DNA of 64,000 bases from an uncultured Gammaproteobacteria bacterium (GTDB taxonomy: Bacteria > Cyanobacteriota > Vampirovibrionia > JBFMGH01). Made by a program: the position numbers and the translations under genes. Shown here in pieces: positions 18,578-28,330 of the stretch (positions are counted from its first letter, which is position 1; every line of letters begins with the position of its first letter). The stretch spans positions 12,605-76,604 of the forward strand of contig CAZFBA010000017.1 in assembly GCA_964517135.1 (NCBI GenBank), given 5' to 3'. The notes beneath the pieces were generated by a model. It saw only the letters and a program-made list of their open reading frames with translations. It was not told the origin of the DNA and did no database searches.

Positions 18578-20920
18578 TTACTCCATTAGTTTCTCTTCAA
18601 GAATTTTATTAACAATTTCGGGGTTTGCTTTGCCCTTCGTATGTTTCATAACCTGACCGACAAAGAATCCCAGCAGGTTTGTTTTGCCGTTTCTATATTT
18701 TGCAGCATTTTCAGGATTATTTAACACAATTGTATTAATTATCAACTCCAGTTCAGCCGGGTCGCTAATCTGTTCCAGGCCTTTTCTTTTCACAATTGAT
18801 TTCGGGCTATCGCCTGATTTTAAAAGTTCTTCAAATATATCTTTTGCTATTTTGCTAGTAATAACTTTATTATCAATTAATTCAACCAGCTCAGCTAACC
18901 CCTGCGGAGTAATTGATAGCTCTTCTATTGGTGTATCTTTTAATTTTCTGAGTATTTCATTAACAATCCAGCCTGCAATGGCTTTAGGTGAATTATATTG
19001 CTTTATTGCATTTTCAAAAATAGCTGTTAGATTATCGTCTTTTGCTATTATAGCTGCCTCATCTGTTGATAGGCCATATGATTTAATATATTGATCAGCC
19101 TTTTCTTTTATTTCAGGTGTAATTTGCTGTGTGCTTTCTCGTTTTTTGTTGCTTTCAGTGGGTAAAGGCCTTTGGCCTTTTTCTGCTGGTTTTTCAAGTT
19201 GCGCAGTGCCTGGAGACTTATCATGTTTTGATTTTTTAGTCCATGAATCCCGTAGTTGAACGATTCTATTAAATACTTTCTTTTCTTCTGTTGTAGAAAC
19301 AGGGTCAAGGTAGAAATATCCCTGTCTTTCAAATTGAAATCTGCTGCCTGGTTCTGCTATAGCAACTGCCGGTTCAATCAGACATTCTGAAAGAACACTC
19401 AAAGAATCTGGGTTAAGGCTATCTTCAATCCCTTCCGGAAATTCATCAAGAAAGAGCCTGTCATAAAGCCTTACTTCTACTTTTTTAGCCTCTTTTGCAG
19501 GCACCCAGTGGATAGTTCCTTTTACCTTTTTACTGGAAGTATCTTCACCACTCTTCGTTTGAGGGTCATAGGTACAGCGTAATTCAGTTATTTTACCGGT
19601 TTCATCTTTTATAACCTGTTCACATTTTATGATATAAGCATAACGCAGCCTGACCTCACCACCCGGATACAGACGATAGTAGCCCTTAGGAGGATCATCC
19701 AAAAAGTCATCGCTCTCTATATATAGCTCTCTAGAAAAAGGTATTTCTCTTTCGCCTTCTTTGGGTACATCATGAGGGTAATAAGGGGCATCAAGTATTT
19801 CATTTTTGTTTTCAGGATAGTTTTCAATAATCACTTTAAGTGGTTTCAAAACGCACATTACCCGTGGAACCTTCTTGTTGAGGTCATCTCTGATGCAATA
19901 TTCAAGCTGGGCCATATCAACTACGCTGTTTGCTTTGGCAATACCTATACTGTCACAGAAATTACGTATGGCTTCAGGGGTAAACCCTCTTCTGCGCATG
20001 CCAGAAATAGTTGGCAGCCGTGGGTCATCCCATCCATCAACAAGCTTTTTTTCAACCAGGTCAAGCAGTTTACGTTTGCTCATAACTGTATAATTAAGGT
20101 TTAAACGGGCAAATTCATACTGATAGGGCCTTGGAGGTTTGAGTTCAAGCTCATCAAGAATCCAGTCATAGAGTTCACGATTGTTTTCGAATTCAAGGGT
20201 GCAGATAGAGTGAGTGATACCTTCAATATAATCAGACAGGCAGTGTGCAAAGTCATACATAGGGTAGATACACCACTTATCACCCGTTCTATAGTGTTTA
20301 GCATGCCTGATTCTATAAAGAAGTGGATCCCTCATTTTCATATTTGGGGAAGACATATCTATTTTAGCCCTGAGAACATGTGCTCCGTCTTTAAAATTTC
20401 CTGCTTTCATATCCTGAAAAAGCTTAAGGTTTTCTTCTATTAATCGATTTCGATAAGGGCTTTCCTTACCCGGCGAGGTAACAGTACCACGATATTCTTT
20501 AATTTCTTCATCTGTAAGGCTACAAACGTATGCTTTACCCATTATAATCAATTTTTCTGCATATTCATAAAGTTGATCAAAATAATCCGAGGCAAAGAAG
20601 AGGTTTTCTCCCCAGTCAAAGCCCAGCCAGTTGATGTCTTTTTTGATTGCATCAACATAATGCATGTCTTCTTTTGTGGGGTCTGTGTCATCCATTCTGA
20701 GGTGACATTTACCGCCATATTCTTCAGCTATGCCGAAGTCAATACAGATGGCTTTAGCGTGCCCTATGTGCAGATAGCCGTTGGGCTCGGGTGGAAACCT
20801 TGTTATTACTTTGCCATTATATTTACCGGTTTTTAAATGTTCGTTGATAATATTACGTATAAAGTCTACACGTTTTGTTGTGTCGGCGGATGGATCCGGC
20901 TGTTGTGTTTTTTCGGGCAT
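18578..20920 (-). CDS. glnS: Glutamine--tRNA ligase with C-terminal GatB/YqeY domain
   Basis: [30 protein letters not shown]; tail [19 protein letters not shown]; ATG 20920 has AAGGAA upstream. Confidence 0.95.
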   Translation of the reverse strand: MPEKTQQPDPSADTTKRVDFIRNIINEHLKTGKYNGKVITRFPPEPNGYLHIGHAKAICIDFGIAEEYGGKCHLRMDDTDPTKEDMHYVDAIKKDINWLGFDWGENLFFASDYFDQLYEYAEKLIIMGKAYVCSLTDEEIKEYRGTVTSPGKESPYRNRLIEENLKLFQDMKAGNFKDGAHVLRAKIDMSSPNMKMRDPLLYRIRHAKHYRTGDKWCIYPMYDFAHCLSDYIEGITHSICTLEFENNRELYDWILDELELKPPRPYQYEFARLNLNYTVMSKRKLLDLVEKKLVDGWDDPRLPTISGMRRRGFTPEAIRNFCDSIGIAKANSVVDMAQLEYCIRDDLNKKVPRVMCVLKPLKVIIENYPENKNEILDAPYYPHDVPKEGEREIPFSRELYIESDDFLDDPPKGYYRLYPGGEVRLRYAYIIKCEQVIKDETGKITELRCTYDPQTKSGEDTSSKKVKGTIHWVPAKEAKKVEVRLYDRLFLDEFPEGIEDSLNPDSLSVLSECLIEPAVAIAEPGSRFQFERQGYFYLDPVSTTEEKKVFNRIVQLRDSWTKKSKHDKSPGTAQLEKPAEKGQRPLPTESNKKRESTQQITPEIKEKADQYIKSYGLSTDEAAIIAKDDNLTAIFENAIKQYNSPKAIAGWIVNEILRKLKDTPIEELSITPQGLAELVELIDNKVITSKIAKDIFEELLKSGDSPKSIVKRKGLEQISDPAELELIINTIVLNNPENAAKYRNGKTNLLGFFVGQVMKHTKGKANPEIVNKILEEKLME

Positions 20921-21166
20921 AGCGGGTTCCTTCTTTGTGATTGGTGTCATAACCTGATTCAGGCAATAGTATATCACTTCAGGGTTAAAGAAGTATACAT
21001 TTTAAGAGTTATAAATATTTTTAAACCGGGTAAGTGAGTTTTAAAAGGCTTTAAAGAGCTTGATTGCAGGCAAAAGACATAAACATGGATACTGTAATGT
21101 ACCACAAACCAGTCATTTGTATGGTTACAAACGGTTGAATTTTTTTTAAGAATTTGATTTTTGTTG

Positions 21167-21679
21167 TTAAACCCTCATTTTTTCCAGGTTTTTTCTCATT
21201 ATTTCGATATCATTGAGCCAGTCTTCGATATCCTGTTCGTGTTCGAGTTCTTCGTTCAGTATAGTTAGGGCCATGTTGTATGTAGTGTGGTCTTTTCCGT
21301 ATGTCAGATCAATGATACTCTGATATCTGTCAATAGCACAGCGTTCACCCTCGAGGTTTTGTTTAAGTATTTCTTCAATATAAGGATCTTCTGGTTTAAG
21401 GTAGTCGCATCCTGCATGGTTAAACCACTCTGACGGTGACAATACGGGCGTGCCGCCAATTTGTATTATTCTATCAACGACCATAACAGCATGATTAAGT
21501 TCCTGGGTAGCATGTAAGAGCAGTTCCTGTTCTACATCAGTACGCAGGGGGCCTTCCATGACACGTGCACCAATCCAGTATTGATAATAAGCTAACCATT
21601 CCTCTGAAAGAGCAGCATTGAGTTGTTTAATCAGTTCTGTTGTATCGACTTTAAGTATTTCTAAGCCTCTTTTGCCCAT
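21167..21679 (-). CDS. Dps-like ferritin (DPSL) protein
   Basis: QLNAALSEEWLAYYQYW, ERCAIDRY, EELEHEQDIED; Cys pair as in Bacteroides/Sulfolobus DPSL; SD AAGGAG. Confidence 0.88.
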   Translation of the reverse strand: MGKRGLEILKVDTTELIKQLNAALSEEWLAYYQYWIGARVMEGPLRTDVEQELLLHATQELNHAVMVVDRIIQIGGTPVLSPSEWFNHAGCDYLKPEDPYIEEILKQNLEGERCAIDRYQSIIDLTYGKDHTTYNMALTILNEELEHEQDIEDWLNDIEIMRKNLEKMRV

Positions 21680-21876
21680 TTAGTGCTCCTTTCTTGTTTG
21701 TGCTTGGTGGGAATAAATACATATGTATTACTTATCAAAGATGAAGTTTGTTATTTATCTTAACACAATAGGTTTAGTTATACAGACAAATATTAATAAG
21801 TAGCACATCAAATTTGATAATATTGATGCCGGTGAAATAAAGGTATTCAAGCTAAACTAATTTTTGAAACAGTCAT

Positions 21877-23436
21877 TTAAGTTATAAAGACAATAGCAGA
21901 CCCGCTTCTACGTGGGTCTGTTGCTGCAATAGGAACCTCTCCCCGCATTAGCATGACGCATTCTGCCCCGCCAAAGAACATATCCATCCTGTCATATTTT
22001 ACTATTTCCACGTCATCACCTAAAAGAGAGGTATCAATTTCTATACCGGGTTCTAATGAAAAAGTGTTGTTTTCAAAATGAAACCGGGGTATATACACGG
22101 CAGGAGTTATGCTCATGTTGTAGCGCTTCATATTAAGTATAATCTGCATAATACAGGTAGGAATTCTGGAAGCACCTGCAGAACCCATAACAACGATATC
22201 ATCATTGCTTCTGTTAATCATAATGGTAGGGGTCATACCACTTATTAATCTTGTTCCGGGGGAGGTTTTCAGGTATCCACGTGGATTTATATCTACTTCG
22301 CCCAGTACATTATCCATAAATATACCTGTCCCGGGAATCGGTTCACCTGAATCATAGCCCATGCTCATTGTTATACCGATAGCCCACCCGGTGTCATCCA
22401 CACAGGAAAAGTGTGTTGTATGCGGGCTGGGTACTATTTTTTTGTAAGATTCAAAGGCGTAGTCTTTTGAAAGCATTTGTTTTGAAACAAGTTCGTGTGT
22501 TTCCGGGTTTAGAAAACGGGTATATTTATCAAGCAGGGCAAAACGCTGAATTTTACCCAGTATCGTATTATCTCTAGGATTACGGTTCTCAGAAAGTGGA
22601 TGATTTGCAGCTATATTAAGCATCTCAATAAGTGTTACACCTCCAGAAGATGGTGGTGGGTTAGTATAGATAGAATTATATTTAAAATGGCTGACAATAG
22701 GAGGCCTTTCAATAGCCTCATATGTAGCAAGATCCTCCATTGTGACGAGACCGCCCTTTTCTTCCATATCTTTCACTATGGCCCGTGCTATGTCACCTTT
22801 ATAGATGACATCTGAGCCTTCTTTAGCAATGAGTTCAAGGGTATTAGCAAGATCAGTTTGTTTCAGGATATAACCTTTCGGTGGCACTTTTCCGTCAGGG
22901 GTAAGTAGAATATCTTTTTCATACTGAGAGATCCAGTCAAGATCAACGATAGATTCTTCAAAAACATGCTGGTGAAAGGAATTAACAGCTATACCTTTGC
23001 GTGCGTGATCTATTGCAGGGCGTAATAGCTCTGAAAGAGGCATTGTACCAAACTTTTTATTTATATAGTCAAGTCCTTTAACGGTTCCGGGCACACCTGT
23101 AGAGCCACGGCCTACCAGAATATCAATACCGCCGCTTGCATCAACAAAAACTTTTTTTGAATTTTTAATGTTTTCGTAAATTGCAGAGCTGTCAAGGCCT
23201 TTGCCGGGCATATTGTCATAGAAGTCAATAATAACAATGGTTCCGTCAGGTGATTTGATAATTGCAAATCCACCGCCGCCGATGCTACACATAAGCGGAT
23301 TGCTTACCAGAAGGTCAAAAGCGACTGCTACAGCGATGTCTATAGCAGTGCCACCTGCTTCAGCGACTTTTATACCTGCTGATGTAGCTTCATTTGTGCA
23401 GGATGCTATAGCATATTTTACGGGCGAACTGTTCAT
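21877..23436 (-). CDS. ggt: Gamma-glutamyltransferase family protein (no signal peptide)
   Basis: GGTAIDIAVA, SIGGGGF, GVPGTVKGL, catalytic HTTHFSCVD, GSAGASRI, ATDPRRSG. Confidence 0.92.
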   Translation of the reverse strand: MNSSPVKYAIASCTNEATSAGIKVAEAGGTAIDIAVAVAFDLLVSNPLMCSIGGGGFAIIKSPDGTIVIIDFYDNMPGKGLDSSAIYENIKNSKKVFVDASGGIDILVGRGSTGVPGTVKGLDYINKKFGTMPLSELLRPAIDHARKGIAVNSFHQHVFEESIVDLDWISQYEKDILLTPDGKVPPKGYILKQTDLANTLELIAKEGSDVIYKGDIARAIVKDMEEKGGLVTMEDLATYEAIERPPIVSHFKYNSIYTNPPPSSGGVTLIEMLNIAANHPLSENRNPRDNTILGKIQRFALLDKYTRFLNPETHELVSKQMLSKDYAFESYKKIVPSPHTTHFSCVDDTGWAIGITMSMGYDSGEPIPGTGIFMDNVLGEVDINPRGYLKTSPGTRLISGMTPTIMINRSNDDIVVMGSAGASRIPTCIMQIILNMKRYNMSITPAVYIPRFHFENNTFSLEPGIEIDTSLLGDDVEIVKYDRMDMFFGGAECVMLMRGEVPIAATDPRRSGSAIVFIT

Positions 23437-24657
23437 TGTCTCTCTACGTCTAAAATTTCTGTCAATTGCCGATAAATGAAGTATAGCACAATCTGTACAG
23501 GGTAAAATAAAAATATAGTGCTAATGTTAAGAAATTAATATGTAAAGAGCTATTATAGCTGGTTTTTGAGGAGTTATACATAAAAAATTGATGAATAATC
23601 TTAGAATTTTTCGATTTTCAAAATTACATATTCTTAAAAGCTCTTTTAATAGGGGGTTAAACCCTATTAAAATTTTCAAAACTTATGATTTTAGAGATTT
23701 TATATTAAGTTAGGTAAAAATACTTAGTCATATCGTGGGAAACTATTAGAAATTTTGCCTCAAAAAAATTTTTTATATATACAGGATAGGGGTGATGTTC
23801 TTTACATTCACTAGAATTAACTGTTCAAGGAGAATTTTTTTAAGATATTGCTTGTTTAAAAGTCTTAATATTGCGCATTTTGCTTGCGTTATCTTTCTAT
23901 AGAGAATAACTTATCTCTTATACCTTACAATGAGATTAGATCCTTTTTTTCCTAAATCTTTTTTATTATTATCTCTTAATATGGAACGACTAAACTGCTC
24001 GGATAGATTTAAATAACTGTTACCTTCAGGGGTAACATTTTTTTGCTTATGGGCCTGAGTGTATTTTAAAGTTTTGAAATCGTTAAAATGTTTTATGATA
24101 TAGGTTTTGACAGTACTATTTATTGTTACAATTGTAACCGCCTGCAAGTAATTTCTAAAAACCTTTCCATTGGTACCTTTAAGCTGTTAGTAGAAATAAT
24201 TTTGTAAAGAAATTTTTAATATACTATCAACAATAATATAATGAGTGTTTTTATTTAAATAGATAACATATCTTACTTTCCTCACGAACTAACAATTTCT
24301 GAGCTATACTAAGGGGTAGGTTCGGTACTCTCGCTATTTGCAGCTAAATGAATTATTTCTAACAGGTATATTATTAAGCAAACAGGTTAAATGTCTGATG
24401 CTGTGTTCTACCTATTGGTATACAGAGCTAGTAATATCGCTTACATTGAGTCACAGACTTTCATCATCATAGTTTTTTTGTTTAAAATATCAATAAATTA
24501 CGTTTATGCTGGTATGGTTCAGTGTAAATAGTCTGTTTGTTGGTATTAGGCAGTATGACATATCTCTTTATGACAATCATCTAAATTATTTAACGGTAGT
24601 GATAATAATGTTCCACAGGGGCAGAAGTTCGTATGAAAATCTGGAAGGTGTCTTTCA

Positions 24658-27600
24658 TTGAAATCACAAATTAATTTAAAGCAAAGGGACATTAATAACC
24701 CTTCAGTATCTGCTATTCCAAAATATCCACAGCTAATAGAAGCTGCGACAAGATATTTTAAGGGTAATAATGTGTCAAGAAAGTCTGTAAATAACAGCCT
24801 TTTAGATTCTTATGCTGCTTTGGAATCTGCTATTAATATTAAAAATATTTCCGAAACAATGGGATTTACGCATTCACTGGATTCTGAGATTATGAGAGAA
24901 AAATCCACTTTAAACAAAACTAATAAACAGACAATAATCACAAATAACCCTTTAAATAATCTCTTTCAGACATCAGAACTCAGGCTTAACCAGTCATCAT
25001 TTGATAATTCGACAAAACATCTTTTAGATGAATCATTAAAGAATATTCAGGAAACAAAACCTAAATTTAAAAACCTTTTCGAGACAAATGAACCGCTTAA
25101 GCCTGCAAATATAAACGATAAACAGTCATTATACCATAATGATGAAAATTATAGTACACTCAAAAGTCTTACTGCTCAAAAGTTTATAGCTATTAAACAT
25201 CAGCAATTATTAACCAGGTTTAATGAAGAAATATCAGCAGGGGTTAAAAGTCCTGATGACATAATGAATGTCTATTCAAAATATACAGGAGAGTATTTAA
25301 AAGCTAATAGCAACAATGAGTCTTTTATCGATGCTCCAGAAAAGTCTATTATGACTCAACCACCCCAAAAAAGCTTTCAGGGTGCATTCATAGAAGCTTC
25401 AGACACTCTTCTTTTACTTAAAAATAGTCAGTATATCAATAAAGAACCAGATCTTAATGCTTTATCAGGGCAATCTATTGAGATGTCAGGTGCTATAAAT
25501 CAAGATTTATACTTTAAAAAAGAGTTTCTAACACATGTTAAGTCAGAAATCTCTGAAAATAATTCAGAGTTATTCTCTTTAAATAAAGATAAACACAGGA
25601 AGACAGATCTGTCTGATAGCTTAAAACTACCAGAAAAAGATTCTTCTAACCTTATGCTACAGGTATTTACCTCTCAGATAAGGCCTGAATCGATGACAAA
25701 AGAAGAAATTCTTGATATATTCCAGAAATTTACCAGAGAAATCTCTATCAATGACCATAACAGCTGGAATAAATTTTATGAAATATTAAACAATAATATT
25801 GAAAACTCTTTTCAACCTGACAATACTCTTGATATAGCTCATAGGAACCTGTTGATAAATTTTGAACAGGCAATATTGCCGAAAACAATGACCAGAGAAG
25901 AAATAATGGATCTGTTTCTCAGGTATTCAAGAGAGGTCTCTAATAGCTATCCTGAGGCCTGGAAACAGTTAAACCAGCTTTTAATTGACAAGCTGCCAGG
26001 TGCTTTTAGCCCTGATAATACTATAGATGAAGCTCATAAAAATCTTCTTATTAACTTTGATCAGGCTATAGCTCCTGATAGCATGACAAAAGAAGAAATC
26101 ATGCATATGTATATCCAGTTTGCACGTGATATTTCTAATAGTTACCCCGAAGCCTGGAAATTGCTTGATTTACAGCTTCAAAATGAACTTCCTTATGCTT
26201 TTGAGCCTGATACTACAATGGATCATGATACCAGAGAGCTAATTAGTCAATTTAAAACCTTGATAGACTCTCAATACTTGAATAGCAGTCAGCTAAATAC
26301 TATTTTTGCAGACTATCTTGTTCAGGTTCCGCTAAGATTTACTGAAGCAAAGAAAATACTTGAGCTTGATACGCTGAACAAGTTAAATCAATCTGAGCAC
26401 AAAGATAAGCAGGAGAATTATGATAAAATTCAATCAAGAATACTGAAAAAAGAACATCAACAGATAACTGATAATGCTAAATTGCTTAATGATCAGGCAC
26501 GTAAACTGGGTGATGAAATAAAACTTGAAACGAATAGAGATCAGATAGGAGAGAAAGAACGCCAGATAAAAGGCATACAGGAAGATAAGAAATCGCTAGA
26601 TGCTCTTTACAGAAGTTCTATAGTTAATATTAACGGAAATCACAATGCTACACAAAGTATTATGGATGATTATATTCACGAATTAAGTTTGTCTTTTGAT
26701 AAAAAAGATACAAAAGAGCTTTTTGACTTTGAATCTGAAGAGCTTACCGACTGGGATATGCTAAGAACCCTTAGAAGAGAAGACCTTCTGGATAATCTTA
26801 ATGAGCTTCCAAAAGAAAAACTGGTTGAACATCTTTATGTTGTTCCCAAGTTTACATTAAAAAGGGTGCTTACACAGCTTCCTGAAGAAGATATGTGCCG
26901 TGTTCTCTTTAATGCAAGATATCCTGAGGCCCTGTTAAGGGCTATGCCCAGGAAAAAAGCTATTGAACTTTTGCCTGCACCCCATGAAATGCTGCCTATA
27001 TTGATGAACTTCAAAGAAATTAATGGCTTTAAGACGGGTTGTGACCTTATAGAAGAAGTAGTAACAAAAGGTATGAATGTTGAAGGCGAGCAAAATTCAA
27101 CAAGAACAGAAGAAGAGTTATTACCATATATGCTGGAACAGCTAACAGGGAAAACTCCTCGGAATTCTGATGCCATACACCCTGTTCAGGGAAAGATAAA
27201 CCCGGTAGAAAAAGAAATTAAGCATGTTCAGCAAAAACAAACGGAACAGGTCATAAATATTGAAATGACAGCTAATGCGTTAAATAACAACGATGATAAG
27301 AACCAGTTAGACTATAAATATCAACTACCTGAGTCGCTTCAGTCTTTTGAACTAATGCAACTGGCCTTAAATAAAATTGATCAGCTTAGTAAAACTGAAA
27401 GAAAAGAGACTCTGGCTGCTAAAAGGGGTGATCCTGTTAATATTGTTCTGTTTCTTGAAGAAATGAAAAAGGTAAAAGATATGCCCGGAGCAAAATCTGC
27501 TGTGAGTGTACTGTCAAATACAGAGGCTAATAGCGTTATGAGGGCTACTCTGCCGATTCTGGAAACCAAACATCTTGTGAAAATTGCTCAGGCCTTCAGA

Positions 27601-27831
27601 GGTGATAGCAAAGAACTGGTAAAAGAAATGCCCGGATACGTTATTACCGGCCTTATTAAAGATTTACCTAAATATCATATGCAGCAGGGGTTTAAATTGC
27701 TTGATAAAGACCTGATTATTGGCATGTTTAAAACTCTGCCAACTCAAACAATTGCAAAAGTTAGCTCTGACCTTCTTGATCGGAATAATGTAAAAGATAT
27801 TGCTTATAAAAAGAAATTTAGTGGAACATAA
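24658..27831 (+). CDS. Large hypothetical protein (1057 aa) with 65-aa tandem repeats
   Basis: Long ORF; repeat units start at 25684, 25879 and 26074 (195-nt period); SD GGAAGG before the TTG start. Confidence 0.85.
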   Translation: MKSQINLKQRDINNPSVSAIPKYPQLIEAATRYFKGNNVSRKSVNNSLLDSYAALESAINIKNISETMGFTHSLDSEIMREKSTLNKTNKQTIITNNPLNNLFQTSELRLNQSSFDNSTKHLLDESLKNIQETKPKFKNLFETNEPLKPANINDKQSLYHNDENYSTLKSLTAQKFIAIKHQQLLTRFNEEISAGVKSPDDIMNVYSKYTGEYLKANSNNESFIDAPEKSIMTQPPQKSFQGAFIEASDTLLLLKNSQYINKEPDLNALSGQSIEMSGAINQDLYFKKEFLTHVKSEISENNSELFSLNKDKHRKTDLSDSLKLPEKDSSNLMLQVFTSQIRPESMTKEEILDIFQKFTREISINDHNSWNKFYEILNNNIENSFQPDNTLDIAHRNLLINFEQAILPKTMTREEIMDLFLRYSREVSNSYPEAWKQLNQLLIDKLPGAFSPDNTIDEAHKNLLINFDQAIAPDSMTKEEIMHMYIQFARDISNSYPEAWKLLDLQLQNELPYAFEPDTTMDHDTRELISQFKTLIDSQYLNSSQLNTIFADYLVQVPLRFTEAKKILELDTLNKLNQSEHKDKQENYDKIQSRILKKEHQQITDNAKLLNDQARKLGDEIKLETNRDQIGEKERQIKGIQEDKKSLDALYRSSIVNINGNHNATQSIMDDYIHELSLSFDKKDTKELFDFESEELTDWDMLRTLRREDLLDNLNELPKEKLVEHLYVVPKFTLKRVLTQLPEEDMCRVLFNARYPEALLRAMPRKKAIELLPAPHEMLPILMNFKEINGFKTGCDLIEEVVTKGMNVEGEQNSTRTEEELLPYMLEQLTGKTPRNSDAIHPVQGKINPVEKEIKHVQQKQTEQVINIEMTANALNNNDDKNQLDYKYQLPESLQSFELMQLALNKIDQLSKTERKETLAAKRGDPVNIVLFLEEMKKVKDMPGAKSAVSVLSNTEANSVMRATLPILETKHLVKIAQAFRGDSKELVKEMPGYVITGLIKDLPKYHMQQGFKLLDKDLIIGMFKTLPTQTIAKVSSDLLDRNNVKDIAYKKKFSGT

Positions 27832-27870
27832 AGCTTACTATGAACACACGCAGGAAAAACGGGTAACAGG

Positions 27871-27894
27871 GCGACGGCTGAAAATAGCCGTCGC
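27871..27894 (+). terminator. GC-rich hairpin after the 1057-aa gene
   Basis: GCGACGGCT-GAAAAT-AGCCGTCGC, 40 nt after the stop, short T-run downstream. Confidence 0.55.
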
Positions 27895-27933
27895 AGGGTT
27901 TTAAAAAGACTCCAAATACTTATTAAAAAATCC

Positions 27934-28314
27934 GTACATAACTTAAAAATTTTTCGATTTTCAAAACCCAAATCCCACCCACCCTAAAGGAAGGCATGGG
28001 GTCTCACTCCCAGGCTGCGCCTGCTCGTTCAACCCATATCTTGACTTTTAAAATTTTTGAAAATCGAAAACAAAAAATCTATCACTGGTGTCCGGTAAAA
28101 GATTTTATTTAGATGTATAAAACCTGTCATAATATCTGTTTTGGATTAGAAAATTTTACAGGAATTTAAATTAAAGAAACTGGCAAAAATTATTAAACAG
28201 GGTTCAGCGAAGAGATAGGTCGGGTTTGGTTTTTGGGTCTACTGGCCCAAAAACCAAACCCTCAGAAAAAATTTAACCGGACAGTAATGAAAATCTATTG
28301 TTATAGTTATGTAT
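27934..28314. mobile_element. Family A MITE, copy 1, interrupted by a nested element
   Basis: Matches 42535-42700 once 28083-28298 is removed; terminal IR TRCATAACT/AGTTATGYA and 16-bp subterminal IR TTTTCGATTTTCAAAA. Confidence 0.85.
28083..28289. mobile_element. Nested 207-bp MITE with a 9-bp target-site duplication
   Basis: TIRs CACTGGTGTCCGGTAAAA / TTTAACCGGACAGTAATG; AAAATCTAT at 28074-28082 and 28290-28298; internal perfect 16-bp hairpin 28222-28261. Confidence 0.88.
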
Positions 28315-28330
28315 TAGTCTTATTAAAGGC

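Noticed and set aside
23451-23475. TAAA...GCCGATAA as a sigma28 promoter
   Set aside because: Spacer is 13 nt rather than about 15, and the next plus-strand gene is 1.2 kb away
23911-24147. 78-aa minus-strand ORF
   Set aside because: TTG start, no clear SD, no motif; cannot be supported without homology data
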